DNA of 64,000 nt, from contig OZ024740.1 in assembly GCA_964016885.1 (NCBI GenBank), positions 379,812,001 to 379,876,000 on the forward strand, read 5' to 3'. This stretch comes from Eledone cirrhosa. Its lineage: Eukaryota. Below the pieces are notes generated by a model. That model worked only from the letters and a program-made list of their open reading frames with translations, had not been told where the DNA came from and did no database searches. The translations under genes were made by a program, and so were the position numbers. Positions 13,001-28,000 of the stretch are shown here, one piece after another; position 1 is the first letter of the stretch, and the number at the start of each line of letters is the position of its first letter.

Positions 13001-16000
13001 TCTTACCATGGAACCACAACAAACTGTAACACAGGAAGTCGAAAACATACCATCGTCTTATCATGGAACCACCACAAACTGTAACACAGGAAGTCGAAAG
13101 CATACCATCGTCTTACCATGGAACCACAACAAACTGTAACACAGGAAGTCGAAAACATACCATCGTCTTACCATGGAACCACCACAAACTGTAACACAGG
13201 AAGTCGAAAGCATACCATCGTCTTACCATGGAACCACAACAAACTGTAACACAGGAAGTCGAAAACATACCATCGTCTTATCATGGAACCACAACAAACT
13301 GTAACACAGGAAGTCGAAAACATCCCATCGTCTTACCATGGAACCACAACAAACTGTAACACAGGAAGTCGAAAGCATACCATCGTCTTACCATGGAAAC
13401 AAAAAAAACTGTAACACAGGAAGTCGAAAACATACCATCGTCTTACCATGGAACCACAACAAACTGTAACGCAGGAAGTCGAAAACATACCATCGTCTTA
13501 CCATGGAACCATCACAAACTGTAACACAGTAGGTCGGAAGCTTACCATCGTCTTATAATGGAACCACAACAAACTGTAACACAGGAAGTCGAAAGCATAC
13601 CATCATCTTACCATGGAACCACAACAAACTGTAACACAGGAAGTCGAAAGCATACAATCGTCTTACCATGGAACCACAACAAACTGTAACACAGGAAGTC
13701 GAAATCATACCATCGTCTAACCATGGAACCACAACAGACTGTAACACAGTAAGTCGAAAGCATACCATCGTCTTACCATGGAACCACAACAAACTGTAAC
13801 ACAGGAAGTCGAAAGCATACCATCGTCTAACCATGGACCACAACAAACTGTAACACAGGAAGTCGAAAACATACCATCGTCTAACCATGGAACCACAACA
13901 AACTGTAACACAGGAAGTCGATAGCATACCATCGTCTTATCATGGAACCACAACAAACTGTAACACAGGAAGTCGAAAGCATACCATCGTCTTATCATGG
14001 AACCACAACAAACTGTAACACAGGAAGTCGAAATCATACCATCGTCTAACCATGGAACCACAACAAACTGTAACACAGGAAGTCGAAAGCATACCATCGT
14101 CTTATCATGGAACCACAACAAACTGTAACACAGGAAGTCGAAAGCATACCATCGTCTTATCATGGAACCACAACAAACTGTAACACAGGAAGTCGAAAGC
14201 ATACCATCGTCTTATCATGGAACCACAACAAACTGGAACACAGGAACTGGAAAGCATACCATCGTCTTATCATGGAACCACCACAAACTGGAACACAGAA
14301 AGTCGAAAGCATACCATCGTCTTATCATGGAACCACAACAAACTGGAACACAGGAGGTCGAAAGCATACCATCGTCTTACCATGGAACCACAACAAACTG
14401 GAACACAGGAAGTCGAAAGCATACCATCGTCTTACCATGGAACCACAACAAACTGTAAGACAGGAAGTCGAAAGCATACCATCGTCTTATCATGGAACCA
14501 CAACAAACTGTAAAACAGGAAGTCGAAAGCATACCATCGTCTTACCATGGAACCACAACAAACTGTAAAACAGGAAGTCGAAAGCATACCATCGTCTTAT
14601 CATGGAACCACAACAAACTGTAAAACAGGAAGTCGAAAGCATACCATCGTCTTACCATGGAACCACAACAAACTGTAAAACAGGAAGTCGAAAGCATACC
14701 ATCGTCTTATCATGGAACCACAACAAACTGTAAAACAGGAAGTCGAAAGCATACCATCGTCTTACCATGGAACCACAACAAACTGTAAAACAGGAAGTCG
14801 AAAGCATACCATCGTCTTATCATGGAACCACAACAAACTGTAAAACAGGAAGTCGAAAGCATACCATCGTCTTACCATGGAACCACAACAAACTGTAAAA
14901 CAGGAAGTCGAAAGCATACCATCGTCTTATCATGGAACCACAACAAACTGTAAAACAGGAAGTCGAAAGCATACCATCGTCTTACCATGGAACCACAACA
15001 AACTGTAAGACAGGAAGTCGAAAGCATACCATCGTCTAACCATGGAACCACAACAAACTGTAAAACAGGAAGTCGAAAGCATACCATCGTCTTATCATGG
15101 AACCACAACAAACTGTAACACAGGATGTCGAAAGCATACCATCGTCTTACCATGGAACCACAACAAACTGTAACACAGGAAGTAGAAAGCATACCATCGT
15201 CTTACCATGGAACCACAACAAACTGTAACACAGGAAGTCGAAAGCATACCATCGTCTTATCATGGAACCACAACAAATTGTAACACAGGAAGTCGAAAGC
15301 ATACCATCGTCTTATCATGGAACCACAACAAACTGTAACACAGGAAGTCGAAAGCATACCATCCTCTTACCATGGAACCACAACAAACTGTAACACAGGA
15401 AGTCGAAAGCATACCATCGTCTTACCATGGAACCACAACAAACTGTAACACAGGAAGTAGAAAGCATACCATCGTCTTATCATGGAACCACAACAAACTG
15501 TAACACAGGAAGTCGAAAGCATACCATCATCTTACCATGGAACCACAACAAACTGTAACACAGGAAGTCGATAGCATACCATCGTCTTACCATGGAACCA
15601 CAACAAACTGTAACACAGGAAGTCGAAAGCATACCATCGTCTTACCATGCAACCACAACAAACTGTAACACAGGAAGTCGAAAACATACCATCGTCTTAT
15701 CATGGAACCACAACAAACTGTAACACAGGAAGTCGAAAACATACCATCGTCTTACCATGGAAACAAAAAAAACTGTAACACAGGAAGTCGAAAACATACC
15801 ATCGTCTTACCATGGAACCACAACAAACTGTAACACAGGAAGTCGAAAGCATACCATCGTCTTACCATGGAACCACAACAAACTGTAACACAGGAAGTCG
15901 AAAGCATACCATCGTCTTACCATGGAACCACAACAAACTGTAACACAGGAAGTCGAAAGCATACCATCGTCTTATCATGGAACCACAACAAATTGTAACA

Positions 16001-19000
16001 CAGGAAGTCGAAAGCATACCATCGTCTTATCATGGAACCACAACAAACTGTAACACAGGAAGTCGAAAGCATACCATCGTCTTACCATGGAACCACAACA
16101 AACTGTAACACAGGAAGTCGAAAGCATACCATCGTCTTACCATGGAACCACAACAAACTGTAACACAGGAAGTAGAAAGCATACCATCGTCTTATCATGG
16201 AACCACAACAAACTGTAACACAGGAAGTCGAAAGCATACCATCATCTTACCATGGAACCACAACAAACTGTAACACAGGAAGTCGATAGCATACCATCGT
16301 CTTACCATGGAACCACAACAAACTGTAACACAGGAAGTCGAAAACATACCATCGTCTTATCATGGAACCACAACAAACTGTAACACAGGAAGTCGAAAAC
16401 ATACCATCGTCTTACCATGGAAACAAAAAAAACTGTAACACAGGAAGTCGAAAACAAACCATCGTCTTATCATGGAACCACAACAAACTGTAACACAGGA
16501 AGTCGAAAGCATACCATCGTCTTACCATGGAACCACAACAAACTGTAACACAGGAAGTCGAAAGCATACCATCGTCTTACCATGGAACCACAACAAACTG
16601 TAACACAGGAAGTCGAAAACATACCATCGTCTAACCATGGAACCACAACAAACTGTAACACAGGAAGTCGACAGCATACCATCGTCTTATCATGGAACCA
16701 CAACAAACTGTAACACAAGAAGTCGATAGCATACCATCGTCTTATCATGGAACCACAACAAACTGTAACACAGGAAGTCGAAAACATACCATCGTCTAAC
16801 CATGGAACCACAACAAACTGTAACACAGGAAGTCGAAATCATACCATCGTCTTACCATGGAACCACAACAAACTGTAACACAGGAAGTCGAAAGCATACC
16901 ATCGTCTTATCATGGAACCACAACAAACTGTAACACAGGAAGTCGAAAACAAACCATCGTCTTACCATGGAACCTCAACAAACTGTAACACAGGAAGTCG
17001 AAAGCATACCATCGCCTAACCATGGAACCCCAACAAACTGTAACACAGGAAGTCGAAAGCATACCATCGTCTTATCATGGAACCACAACAAACTGTAACA
17101 CAGGAAGTCGAAAGCATACCATCGTCTTATCATGGAACCACAACAAACTGTAAAACAGGAAGTCGAAAGCATACCTTCGTCTAACCATGGAACCACAACA
17201 AACTGTAACACAGGAAGTCGAAAACATACCATCGTCTTACCATGGAACCACCACAAACTGTAACACAGGAAGTCGAAAGCATACCATCGTCTTACCATGG
17301 AACCACAACAAACTGTAACACAGGAAGTCGAAAACATACCATCGTCTTATCATGGAACCACAACAAACTGTAACACAGGAAGTCGAAAACATACCATCGT
17401 CTTACCATGGAACCACAACAAACTGTAACACAGGAAGTCGAAAGCATACCATCGTCTTACCATGGAAACAAAAAAAACTGTAACACAGGAAGTCGAAAAC
17501 ATACCATCGTCTTACCATGGAACCACAACAAACTGTAACGCAGGAAGTCGAAAACATACCATCGTCTTACCATGGAACCATCACAAACTGTAACACAGTA
17601 GGTCGGAAGCATACCATCGTCTTATAATGGAACCACAACAAACTGTAACACAGGAAGTCGAAAGCATACCATCGTCTTATAATGGAACCACAACAAACTG
17701 TAACACAGGAAGTCGAAAGCATACCATCATCTTACCATGGAACCACAACAAACTGTAACACAGGAAGTCGAAAGCATACAATCGTCTTACCATGGAACCA
17801 CAACAAACTGTAACGCAGGAAGTCGAAAGCATACCATCGTCTTACCATGGAACCACAACAAACTGTAACACAGGAAGTCGAAAGCATACCATCGTCTTAT
17901 AATGGAACCACAACAAACTGTAACACAGGAAGTCGAAAGCATACCATCATCTTACCATGGAACCACAACAAACTGTAACACAGGAAGTCGAAAGCATACA
18001 ATCGTCTTACCATGGAACCACAACAAACTGTAACACAGGAAGTCGAAAGCATACCATCGTCTAACCATGGAACCACAACAAACTGTAACACAGTAAGTCG
18101 AAAGCATACCATCGTCTTACCATGGAACCACAACAAACTGTAACACAGGAAGTCGAAAGCATACCATCGTCTTACCATGGAACCACAACAAACTGTAACA
18201 CAGGAAGTCGAAAGCATACCATCGTCTTACCATGGAACCACAACAAACTGTAACACAGGAAGTCGAAAGCATACCATCGTCTTATCATGGAACCACAACA
18301 AACTGTAACACAGGAAGTCGAAAGCATACCATCGTCTTACCATGGAACCACAACAAACTGTAACACAGGAAGTCGAAAGCATACCATCGTCTTACCATGG
18401 AACCACAACAAACTGTAACACAGGAAGTCGATAGCATACCATCGTCTTATCATGGAACCACAACAAACTGTAACACAGGAAGTCGAAAGCATACCATCGT
18501 CTTACCATGGAACCACAACAAACTGTAACACAGGAAGTCGATAGCATACCATCGTCTTATCATGGAACCACAACAAACTGTAACACAGGAAGTCGAAAGC
18601 ATACCATCGTCTTACCATGGAACCACAACAAACTGTAACACAGGAAGTCGAAAACATACCATCGTCTAACCATGGAACCACAACAAACTGTAACACAGGA
18701 AGTCGATAGCATACCATCGTCTTATCATGGAACCACAACAAACTGTAACACAGGAAGTCGAAAGCATACCATCGTCTTACCATGGAACCACAACAAACTG
18801 TAACACAGGAAGTCGAAAGCATACCATCGTCTTATCATGAAACCACAATAAACTGTAACACAGGAAGTCGAAAACATACCATCATCTTAGCATGGAACCA
18901 CAACAAACTGTAACACAGGAAGTCGAAAGCATACCATCGTCTTACCATGGAACCACAACAAACTGTAACACAGGAAGTCGAAAACATACCATCGTCTAAC

Positions 19001-22000
19001 CATGGAACCACAACAAACTGTAACACAGGAAGTCGATAGCATACCATCGTCTTATCATGGAACCACAACAAACTGTAACACAGGAAGTCGAAAGCATACC
19101 ATCGTCTTACCATGGAACCACAACAAACTGTAACACAGGAAGTCGAAAGCATACCATCGTCTTATCATGAAACCACAATAAACTGTAACACAGGAAGTCG
19201 AAAACATACCATCATCTTAGCATGGAACCACAACAAACTGTAACACAGGAAGTCGAAAGCATACCATCGTCTTACCATGGAACCACAACAAACTGTAACA
19301 CAGGAAGTCGAAAACATACCATCGTCTTATCATGGAACCACAACAAACTGTAACACAGGAAGTCGAAAGCATACCATGGTCTTACCATGGAACCACCACA
19401 AACTGTAACACAGGAAGTCGAAAGCATACCATCGTCTTACCATGGAACCACAACAAACTGTAACACAGGAAGTCGAAAACATACCATCGTCTTATCATGG
19501 AACCACCACAAACTGTAACACAGGAAGTCGAAAGCATACCATCGTCTTACCATGGAACCACAACAAACTGTAACACAGGAAGTCGAAAACATACCATCGT
19601 CTTACCATGGAACCACCACAAACTGTAACACAGGAAGTCGAAAACATACCATCGTCTTATCATGGAACCACAACAAACTGTAACACAGGAAGTCGAAAAC
19701 ATACCATCGTCTTACCATGGAACCACAACAAACTGTAACACAGGAAGTCGAAAGCATACCATCGTCTTACCATGGAAACAAAAAAAACTGTAACACAGGA
19801 AGTCGAAAACATACCATCGTCTTACCATGGAACCACAACAAACTGTAACGCAGGAAGTCGAAAACATACCATCGTCTTACCATGGAACCATCACAAACTG
19901 TAACACAGTAGGTCGGAAGCCTACCATCGTCTTATCATGGAACCACAACAAACTGTAAGACAGGAAGTCGAAAGCATACCATCGTCTTACCATGGAACCA
20001 CAACAAACTGTAACACAGGAAGTCGAAAGCATACCATCGTCTTACCATGGAACCACAACAAACTGTAACACAGGAAGTCGAAAGCATACCATCATCTTAC
20101 CATGGAACCACAACAAACTGTAACACAGGAAGTCGAAAGCATACAATCGTCTTACCATGGAACCACAACAAACTGTAACACAGGAAGTCGAAAGCATACC
20201 ATCGTCTAACCATGGAACCACAACAAACTGTAACACAGTAAGTCGAAAGCATACCATCGTCTTACCATGGAACCACAACAAACTGTAACACAGGAAGTCG
20301 AAAGCATACCATCGTCTAACCATGGACCACAACAAACTGTAACACAGGAAGTCGAAAACATACCATCGTCTAACCATGGAACCACAATAAACTGTAACAC
20401 AGGAAGTCGATAGCATACCATCGTCTTATCATGGAACCACAACAAACTGTAACACAGGAAGTCGAAAGCATACCATCGTCTTACCATGGAACCACAACAA
20501 ACTGTAACACAGGAAGTCGAAAGCATACCATCGTCTTATCATGGAACCACAACAAACTGTAACACAGGAAGTCGAAAGCATACCATCGTCTTATCATGGA
20601 ACCACAACAAACTGTAACACAGGAAGTCGAAAGCATACCATCGTCTAACCATGGAACCACAACAAACTGTAACACAGGAAGTCGAAAGCATACCATCGTC
20701 TTATCATGGAACCACAACAAACTGTAACACAGGAAGTCGAAAGCATACCATCGTCTTATCATGGAACCACAACAAACTGTAACACAGGAAGTCGAAAGCA
20801 TACCATCGTCTTATCATGGAACCACAACAAACTGGAACACAGGAAGTGGAAAGCATACCATCGTCTTATCATGGAACCACCACAAACTGGAACACAGAAA
20901 GTCGAAAGCATACCATCGTCTTATCATGGAACCACAACAAACTGGAACACAGGAGGTCGAAAGCATACCATCGTCTTACCATGGAACCACAACAAACTGG
21001 AACACAGGAAGTCGAAAGCATACCATCGTCTTATCATGGAACCACAACAAACTGTAACACAGGAAGTCGAAAGCATACCATCGTCTTATCATGGAACCAC
21101 AACAAACTGTAAAACAGGAAGTCGAAGGCATACCATCGTCTTACCATGGAACCACAACAAACTGTAAGACAGGAAGTCGAAAGCATACCATCGTCTAACC
21201 ATGGAACCACAACAAACTGGAACACAGGAAGTCGAAAGCATACCATCGTCTTATCATGGAACCACAACAAACTGTAACACAGGATGTCGAAAGCACACCA
21301 TCGTCTTACCATGGAACCACAACAAACTGTAACACAGGAAGTCGAAAACATACCATCGTCTTATCATGGAACCACAACAAACTGTAACACAGGAAGTCGA
21401 AAACATACCATCATCTTAGCATGGAACCACAACAAACTGTAACACAGGAAGTCGAAAGCATACCATCGTCTTACCATGGAACCACAACAAACTGTAACAC
21501 AGGAAGTCGAAAACATACCATCGTCTTATCATGGAACCACAACAAACTGTAACACAGGAAGTCGAAAGCATACCATGGTCTTACCATGGAACCACCACAA
21601 ACTGTAACACAGGAAGTCGAAAGCATACCATCGTCTTACCATGGAACCACAACAAACTGTAACACAGGAAGTCGAAAACATACCATCGTCTTATCATGGA
21701 ACCACCACAAACTGTAACACAGGAAGTCGAAAGCATACCATCGTCTTACCATGGAACCACAACAAACTGTAACACAGGAAGTCGAAAACATACCATCGTC
21801 TTATCATGGAACCACAACAAACTGTAACACAGGAAGTCGAAAACATACCATCGTCTTACCATGGAACCACAACAAACTGTAACACAGGAAGTCGAAAGCA
21901 TACCATCGTCTTACCATGGAAACAAAAAAAACTGTAACACAGGAAGTCGAAAACATACCATCGTCTTACCATGGACCACAACAAACTGTAACACAGGAAG

Positions 22001-25000
22001 TCGATAGCATACCATCGTCTAACCATGGACCACAACAAACTGTAACACAGGAAGTCGAAAGCATACCATCGTCTAACCATGGACCACAACAAACTGTAAC
22101 ACAGGAAGTCGAAAACATACCATCGTCTAACCATGGAACCACAACAAACTGTAACACAGGAAGTCGATAGCATACCATCGTCTTATCATGGAACCACAAC
22201 AAACTGTAACACAGGAAGTCGAAAGCATACCATCGTCTTATCATGGAACCACAACAAACTGTAACACAGGAAGTCGAAAGCATACCATCGTCTAACCATG
22301 GAACCACAACAAACTGTAACATAGGAAGTCGAAAGCTTACCATCGTCTTACCATGGAACCACAACAAACTGTAACACAGGGAGTCGAAAGCATACCATCG
22401 TCTTATCATGGAACCACAACAAACTGTAACACAGGAAGTCGAAAGCATACCATCGTCTAACCATGGAACCACAACAAACTGTAACACAGGAAGTCGATAG
22501 CATACCATCGTCTTATCATGGAACCACAACAAACTGGAACACAGGAAGTGGAAAGCATACCATCGTCTTACCATGGAACCACAACAAACTGTAACACAGG
22601 AAGTCGATAGCATACCATCGTCTTATCATGGAACCACAACAAACTGTAACACAGGAAGTCGAAAGCATACCATCGTCTTACCATGGAACCACAACAAACT
22701 GTAACACAGGAAGTCGATAGCATACCATCGTCTTATCATGGAACCACAACAAACTGTAACACAGGAAGTCGAAAGCATACCATCGTCTTATCATGGAACC
22801 ACAACAAACTGTAACACAGGAAGTCGAAAACATACCATCGTCTAACCATGGAACCACAACAAACTGTAACACAGGAAGTCGAAAGCATACCATCGTCTTA
22901 TCATGGAACCACAACAAACTGTAACACAGGAAGTCGAAAGCATACCATCGTCTTATCATGGAACCACAACAAACTGTAACACAGGAAGTCGAAAACATAC
23001 CATCGTCTAACCATGGAACCACAACAAACTGTAACACAGGAAGTCGAAATCATACCATCGTCTTACCATGGAACCACAACAAACTGTAACACAGGAAGTC
23101 GAAATCATACTATCGTCTTACCATGGAACCACAACAAACTGTAACACAGGAAGTCGAAAGCATACCATCGTCTTATCATGGAACCACAACAAACTGTAAC
23201 ACAGGAAGTCGAAAACAAACCATCGTCTTACCATGGAACCTCAACAAACTGTAACACAGGAAGTCGAAAGCATACCATCGTCTAACCATGGAACCCCAAC
23301 AAACTGTAACACAGGAAGTCGAAAGCATACCATCGTCTTATCATGGAACCACAACAAACTGTAACACAGGAAGTCGAAAGCATACCATCGTCTTATCATG
23401 GAACCACAACAAACTGTAAAACAGGAAGTCGAAAGCATACCTTCGTCTAACCATGGAACCACAACAAACTGTAACACAGGAAGTCGAAAACATACCATCG
23501 TCTTACCATGGAACCACCACAAACTGTAACACAGGAAGTCGAAAGCATACCATCGTCTTACCATGGAACCACAACAAACTGTAACACAGGAAGTCGAAAA
23601 CATACCATCGTCTTATCATGGAACCACAACAAACTGTAACACAGGAAGTCGAAAACATACCATCGTCTTACCATGGAACCACAACAAACCGTAACACAGG
23701 AAGTCGAAAACATACCATCGTCTTACCATGGAACCACAACAAACTGTAACGCAGGAAGTCGAAAACATACCATCGTCTTACCATGGAACCATCACAAACT
23801 GTAACACAGTAGGTCGGAAGCTTACCATCGTCTTATAATGGAACCACAACAAACTGTAACACAGGAAGTCGAAAGCATACCATCATCTTACCATGGAACC
23901 ACAACAAACTGTAACACAGGAAGTCGAAAGCATACAATCGTCTTACCATGGAACCACAACAAACTGTAACACAGGAAGTCGAAAGCATACCATCGTCAAA
24001 CCATGGAACCACAACAAACTGTAACACAGTAAGTCGAAAGCATACCATCGTCTTACCATGGAACCACAACAAACTGTAACACAGGAAGTCGAAAGCATAC
24101 CATCGTCTAACCATGGACCACAACAAACTGTAACACAGGAAGTCGAAAACATACCATCGTCTAACCATGGAACCACAACAAACTGTAACACAGGAAGTCG
24201 ATAGCATACCATCGTCTTATCATGGAACCACAACAAACTGTAACACAGGAAGTCGAAAGCATACCATCGTCTTATCATGGAACCACAACAAACTGTAACA
24301 CAGGAAGTCGCAAGCATACCATCGTCTAACCATGGAACCACAACAAACTGTAACACAGGAAGTCGAAAGCATACCATCGTCTTATCATGGAACCACAACA
24401 AACTGTAACACAGGAAGTCGAAAGCATACCATCGTCTTATCATGGAACCACAACAAACTGTAACACAGGAAGTCGAAAGCATACCATCGTCTTATCATGG
24501 AACCACAACAAACTGGAACACAGGAAGTGGAAAGCATACCATCGTCTTATCATGGAACCACCACAAACTGGAACACAGAAAGTCGAAAGCATACCATCGT
24601 CTTATCATGGAACCACAACAAACTGGAACACAGGAGGTCGAAAGCATACCATCGTCTTACCATGGAACCACAACAAACTGGAACACAGGAAGTCGAAAGC
24701 ATACCATCGTCTTATCATGGAACCACAACAAACTGTAACACAGGAAGTCGAAAGCATACCATCGTCTTATCATGGAACCACAACAAACTGTAAAACAGGA
24801 AGTCGAAAGCATACCATCGTCTTACCATGGAACCACAACAAACTGTAAGACAGGAAGTCGAAAGCATACCATCGTCTAACCATGGAACCACAACAAACTG
24901 GAACACAGGAAGTCGAAAGCATACCATCGTCTTATCATGGAACCACAACAAACTGTAACACAGGATGTCGAAAGCACACCATCGTCTTACCATGGAACCA

Positions 25001-28000
25001 CAACAAACTGTAAAACAGGAAGTCGAAAGCATACCATCGTCTTACCATGGAACCACAACAAACTGTAACACAGGAAGTCGAAAGCATACCATCGTCTTAC
25101 CATGGAACCACAACAAACTGTAACACAGGAAGTCGAAAGCATACCATCGTCTTATCATGGAACCACAACAAATTGTAACACAGGAAGTCGAAAGCATACC
25201 ATCGTCTTATCATGGAACCACAACAAACTGTAACACAGGAAGTCGAAAGCATACCATCGTCTTACCATGGAACCACAACAAACTGTAACACAGGAAGTCG
25301 AAAGCATACCATCGTCTTACCATGGAACCACAACAAACTGTAACACAGGAAGTAGAAAGCATACCATCGTCTTATCATGGAACCACAACAAACTGTAACA
25401 CAGGAAGTCGAAAGCATACCATCGTCTTATCATGGAACCACAACAAACTGTAACACAGGAAGTCGAAAGCATACCATCGTCTTACCATGGAACCACAACA
25501 ATCTGTAACACAGGAAGTCGAAAGCATACCATCGTCTTACCATGGAACCACCACAAACTGTAACACAGGAAGTCGAAAGCATACCATCGTCTTACCATGC
25601 AACCACAACAAACTGTAACACAGGAAGTCGAAAACATACCATCGTCTTATCATGGAACCACAACAAACTGTAACACAGGAAGTCGAAAACATACCATCGT
25701 CTTACCATGGAACCACAACAAACTGTAACACAGGAAGTCGAAAGCATACCATCGTCTTACCATGGAAACAAAAAAAACTGTAACACAGGAAGTCGAAAAC
25801 ATACCATCGTCTTACCATGGCACCACAACAAACTGTAACGCAGGAAGTCGAAAACATACCATCGTCTTACCATGGAACCACCACAAACTGTAACACAGTA
25901 AGTCGGAAGCTTACCATCGTCTTATAATGGAACCACAACAAACTGTAACACAGGAAGTCGAAAGCATACCATCATCTTACCATGGAACCACAACAAACTG
26001 TAACACAGGAAGTCGAAAGCATACCATCGTCTTATCATGGAACCACAACAAACTGTAACACAGGAAGTCGAAAGCATACCATCGTCTAACCATGGAACCA
26101 CAACAAACTGTAACACAGGAAGTCGAAAGCATACCATCGTCTTACCATGGAACCACAACAAACTGTAACACAGGAAGTCGAAAGCATACCATCGTCTAAC
26201 CATGGAACCACAACAAACTGTAACACAGGAAGTCGAAAGCATACCATCGTCTTATCATGGAACCACAACAAACTGTAACACAGGAAGTCGAAAGCATAAC
26301 ATCGTCTAACCATGGAACCACAACAAACTGTAACACAGGAAGTCGAAAGCATACCATCGTCTTACCATGGAACCACAACAAACTGTAACACAGGAAGTCG
26401 AAAGCATACCATCGTCTTACCATGGAACCACAACAAACTGTAACACAGGAAGTCGAAAGCATACCATCGTCTTACCATGGAACCACAACAAACTGTAACA
26501 CAGGAAGTCGAAAGCATACCATCGTCTAACCATGGAACCACAACAAACTGTAACACAGGAAGTCGAAAGCATACCATCATCTTACCATGGAACCACAACA
26601 AACTGTAACACAGGAAGTCGAAAGCATACCATCGTCTTACCATGGAACCACAACAAACTGTAACACAGGAAGTCGAAAGCATACCATCGTCTTACCATGG
26701 AACCACAACAAACTGTAACACAGGAAGTCGAAAGCATACCATCGTCTAACCATGGAACCACAACAAACTGTAACACAGGAAGTCGAAAGCATACCATCGT
26801 CTTATCATGGAACCACAACAAACTGTAACACAGGAAGTCGAAAGCATAACATCGTCTAACCATGGAACCACAACAAACTGTAACACAGGAAGTCGAAAGC
26901 ATACCATCGTCTTACCATGGAACCACAACAAACTGTAACACAGGAAGTCGAAAGCATACCATCGTCTTACCATGGAACCACAACAAACTGTAACACAGGA
27001 AGTCGAAAGCATACCATCGTCTAACCATGGAACCACAACAAACTGTAACACAGGAAGTCGAAAGCATACCATCGTCTAACCATGGAACCACAACAAACTG
27101 TAACACAGGAAGTCGAAAGCATACCATCGTCTAACCATGGAACCACAACAAACTGTAACACAAGAAGTCGATAGCATACCATCGTCTTATCATGGAACCA
27201 CAACAAACTGTAACACAGGAAGTCGAAAGCATACCATCGTCTTATCATGGAACCACAACAAACTGTAACACAGGAAGTCGAAAACATACCATCGTCTAAC
27301 CATGGAACCACAAGAAACTGTAACACAGGAAGTCGAAAGCATACCATCGTCTTATCATGGATCCACAACAAACTGTAACACAGGAAGTCGAAAGCATACC
27401 ATCGTCTTATCATGGAACCACAACAAACTGTAACACAGGAAGTCGAAAACATACCATCGTCTAACCATGGAACCACAACAAACTGTAACACAGGAAGTCG
27501 AAATCATACCATCGTCTTACCATGGAACCACAACAAACTGTAACACAGGAAGTCGAAAGCATACCATCGTCTTATCATGGAACCACAACAAACTGTAACA
27601 CAGGAAGTCGAAAACAAACCATCGTCTTACCATGGAACCTCAACAAACTGTAACACAGGAAGTCGAAAGCATACCATCGTCTAACCATGGAACCCCAACA
27701 AACTGTAACACAGGAAGTCGAAAGCATACCATCGTCTTATCATGGAACCACAACAAACTGTAACACAGGAAGTCGAAAGCATACCATCGTCTTATCATGG
27801 AACCACAACAAACTGTAAAACAGGAAGTCGAAAGCATACCTTCGTCTAACCATGGAACCACAACAAACTGCAACACAGGAAGTCGAAAGCTTACCATCGT
27901 CTTATAATGGAACCACAACAAACTGTAACACAGGAAGTCGAAAGCATACCATCGTGTAACCATGGAACCACAACAAACTGTAACACAGGAAGTCGAAAGC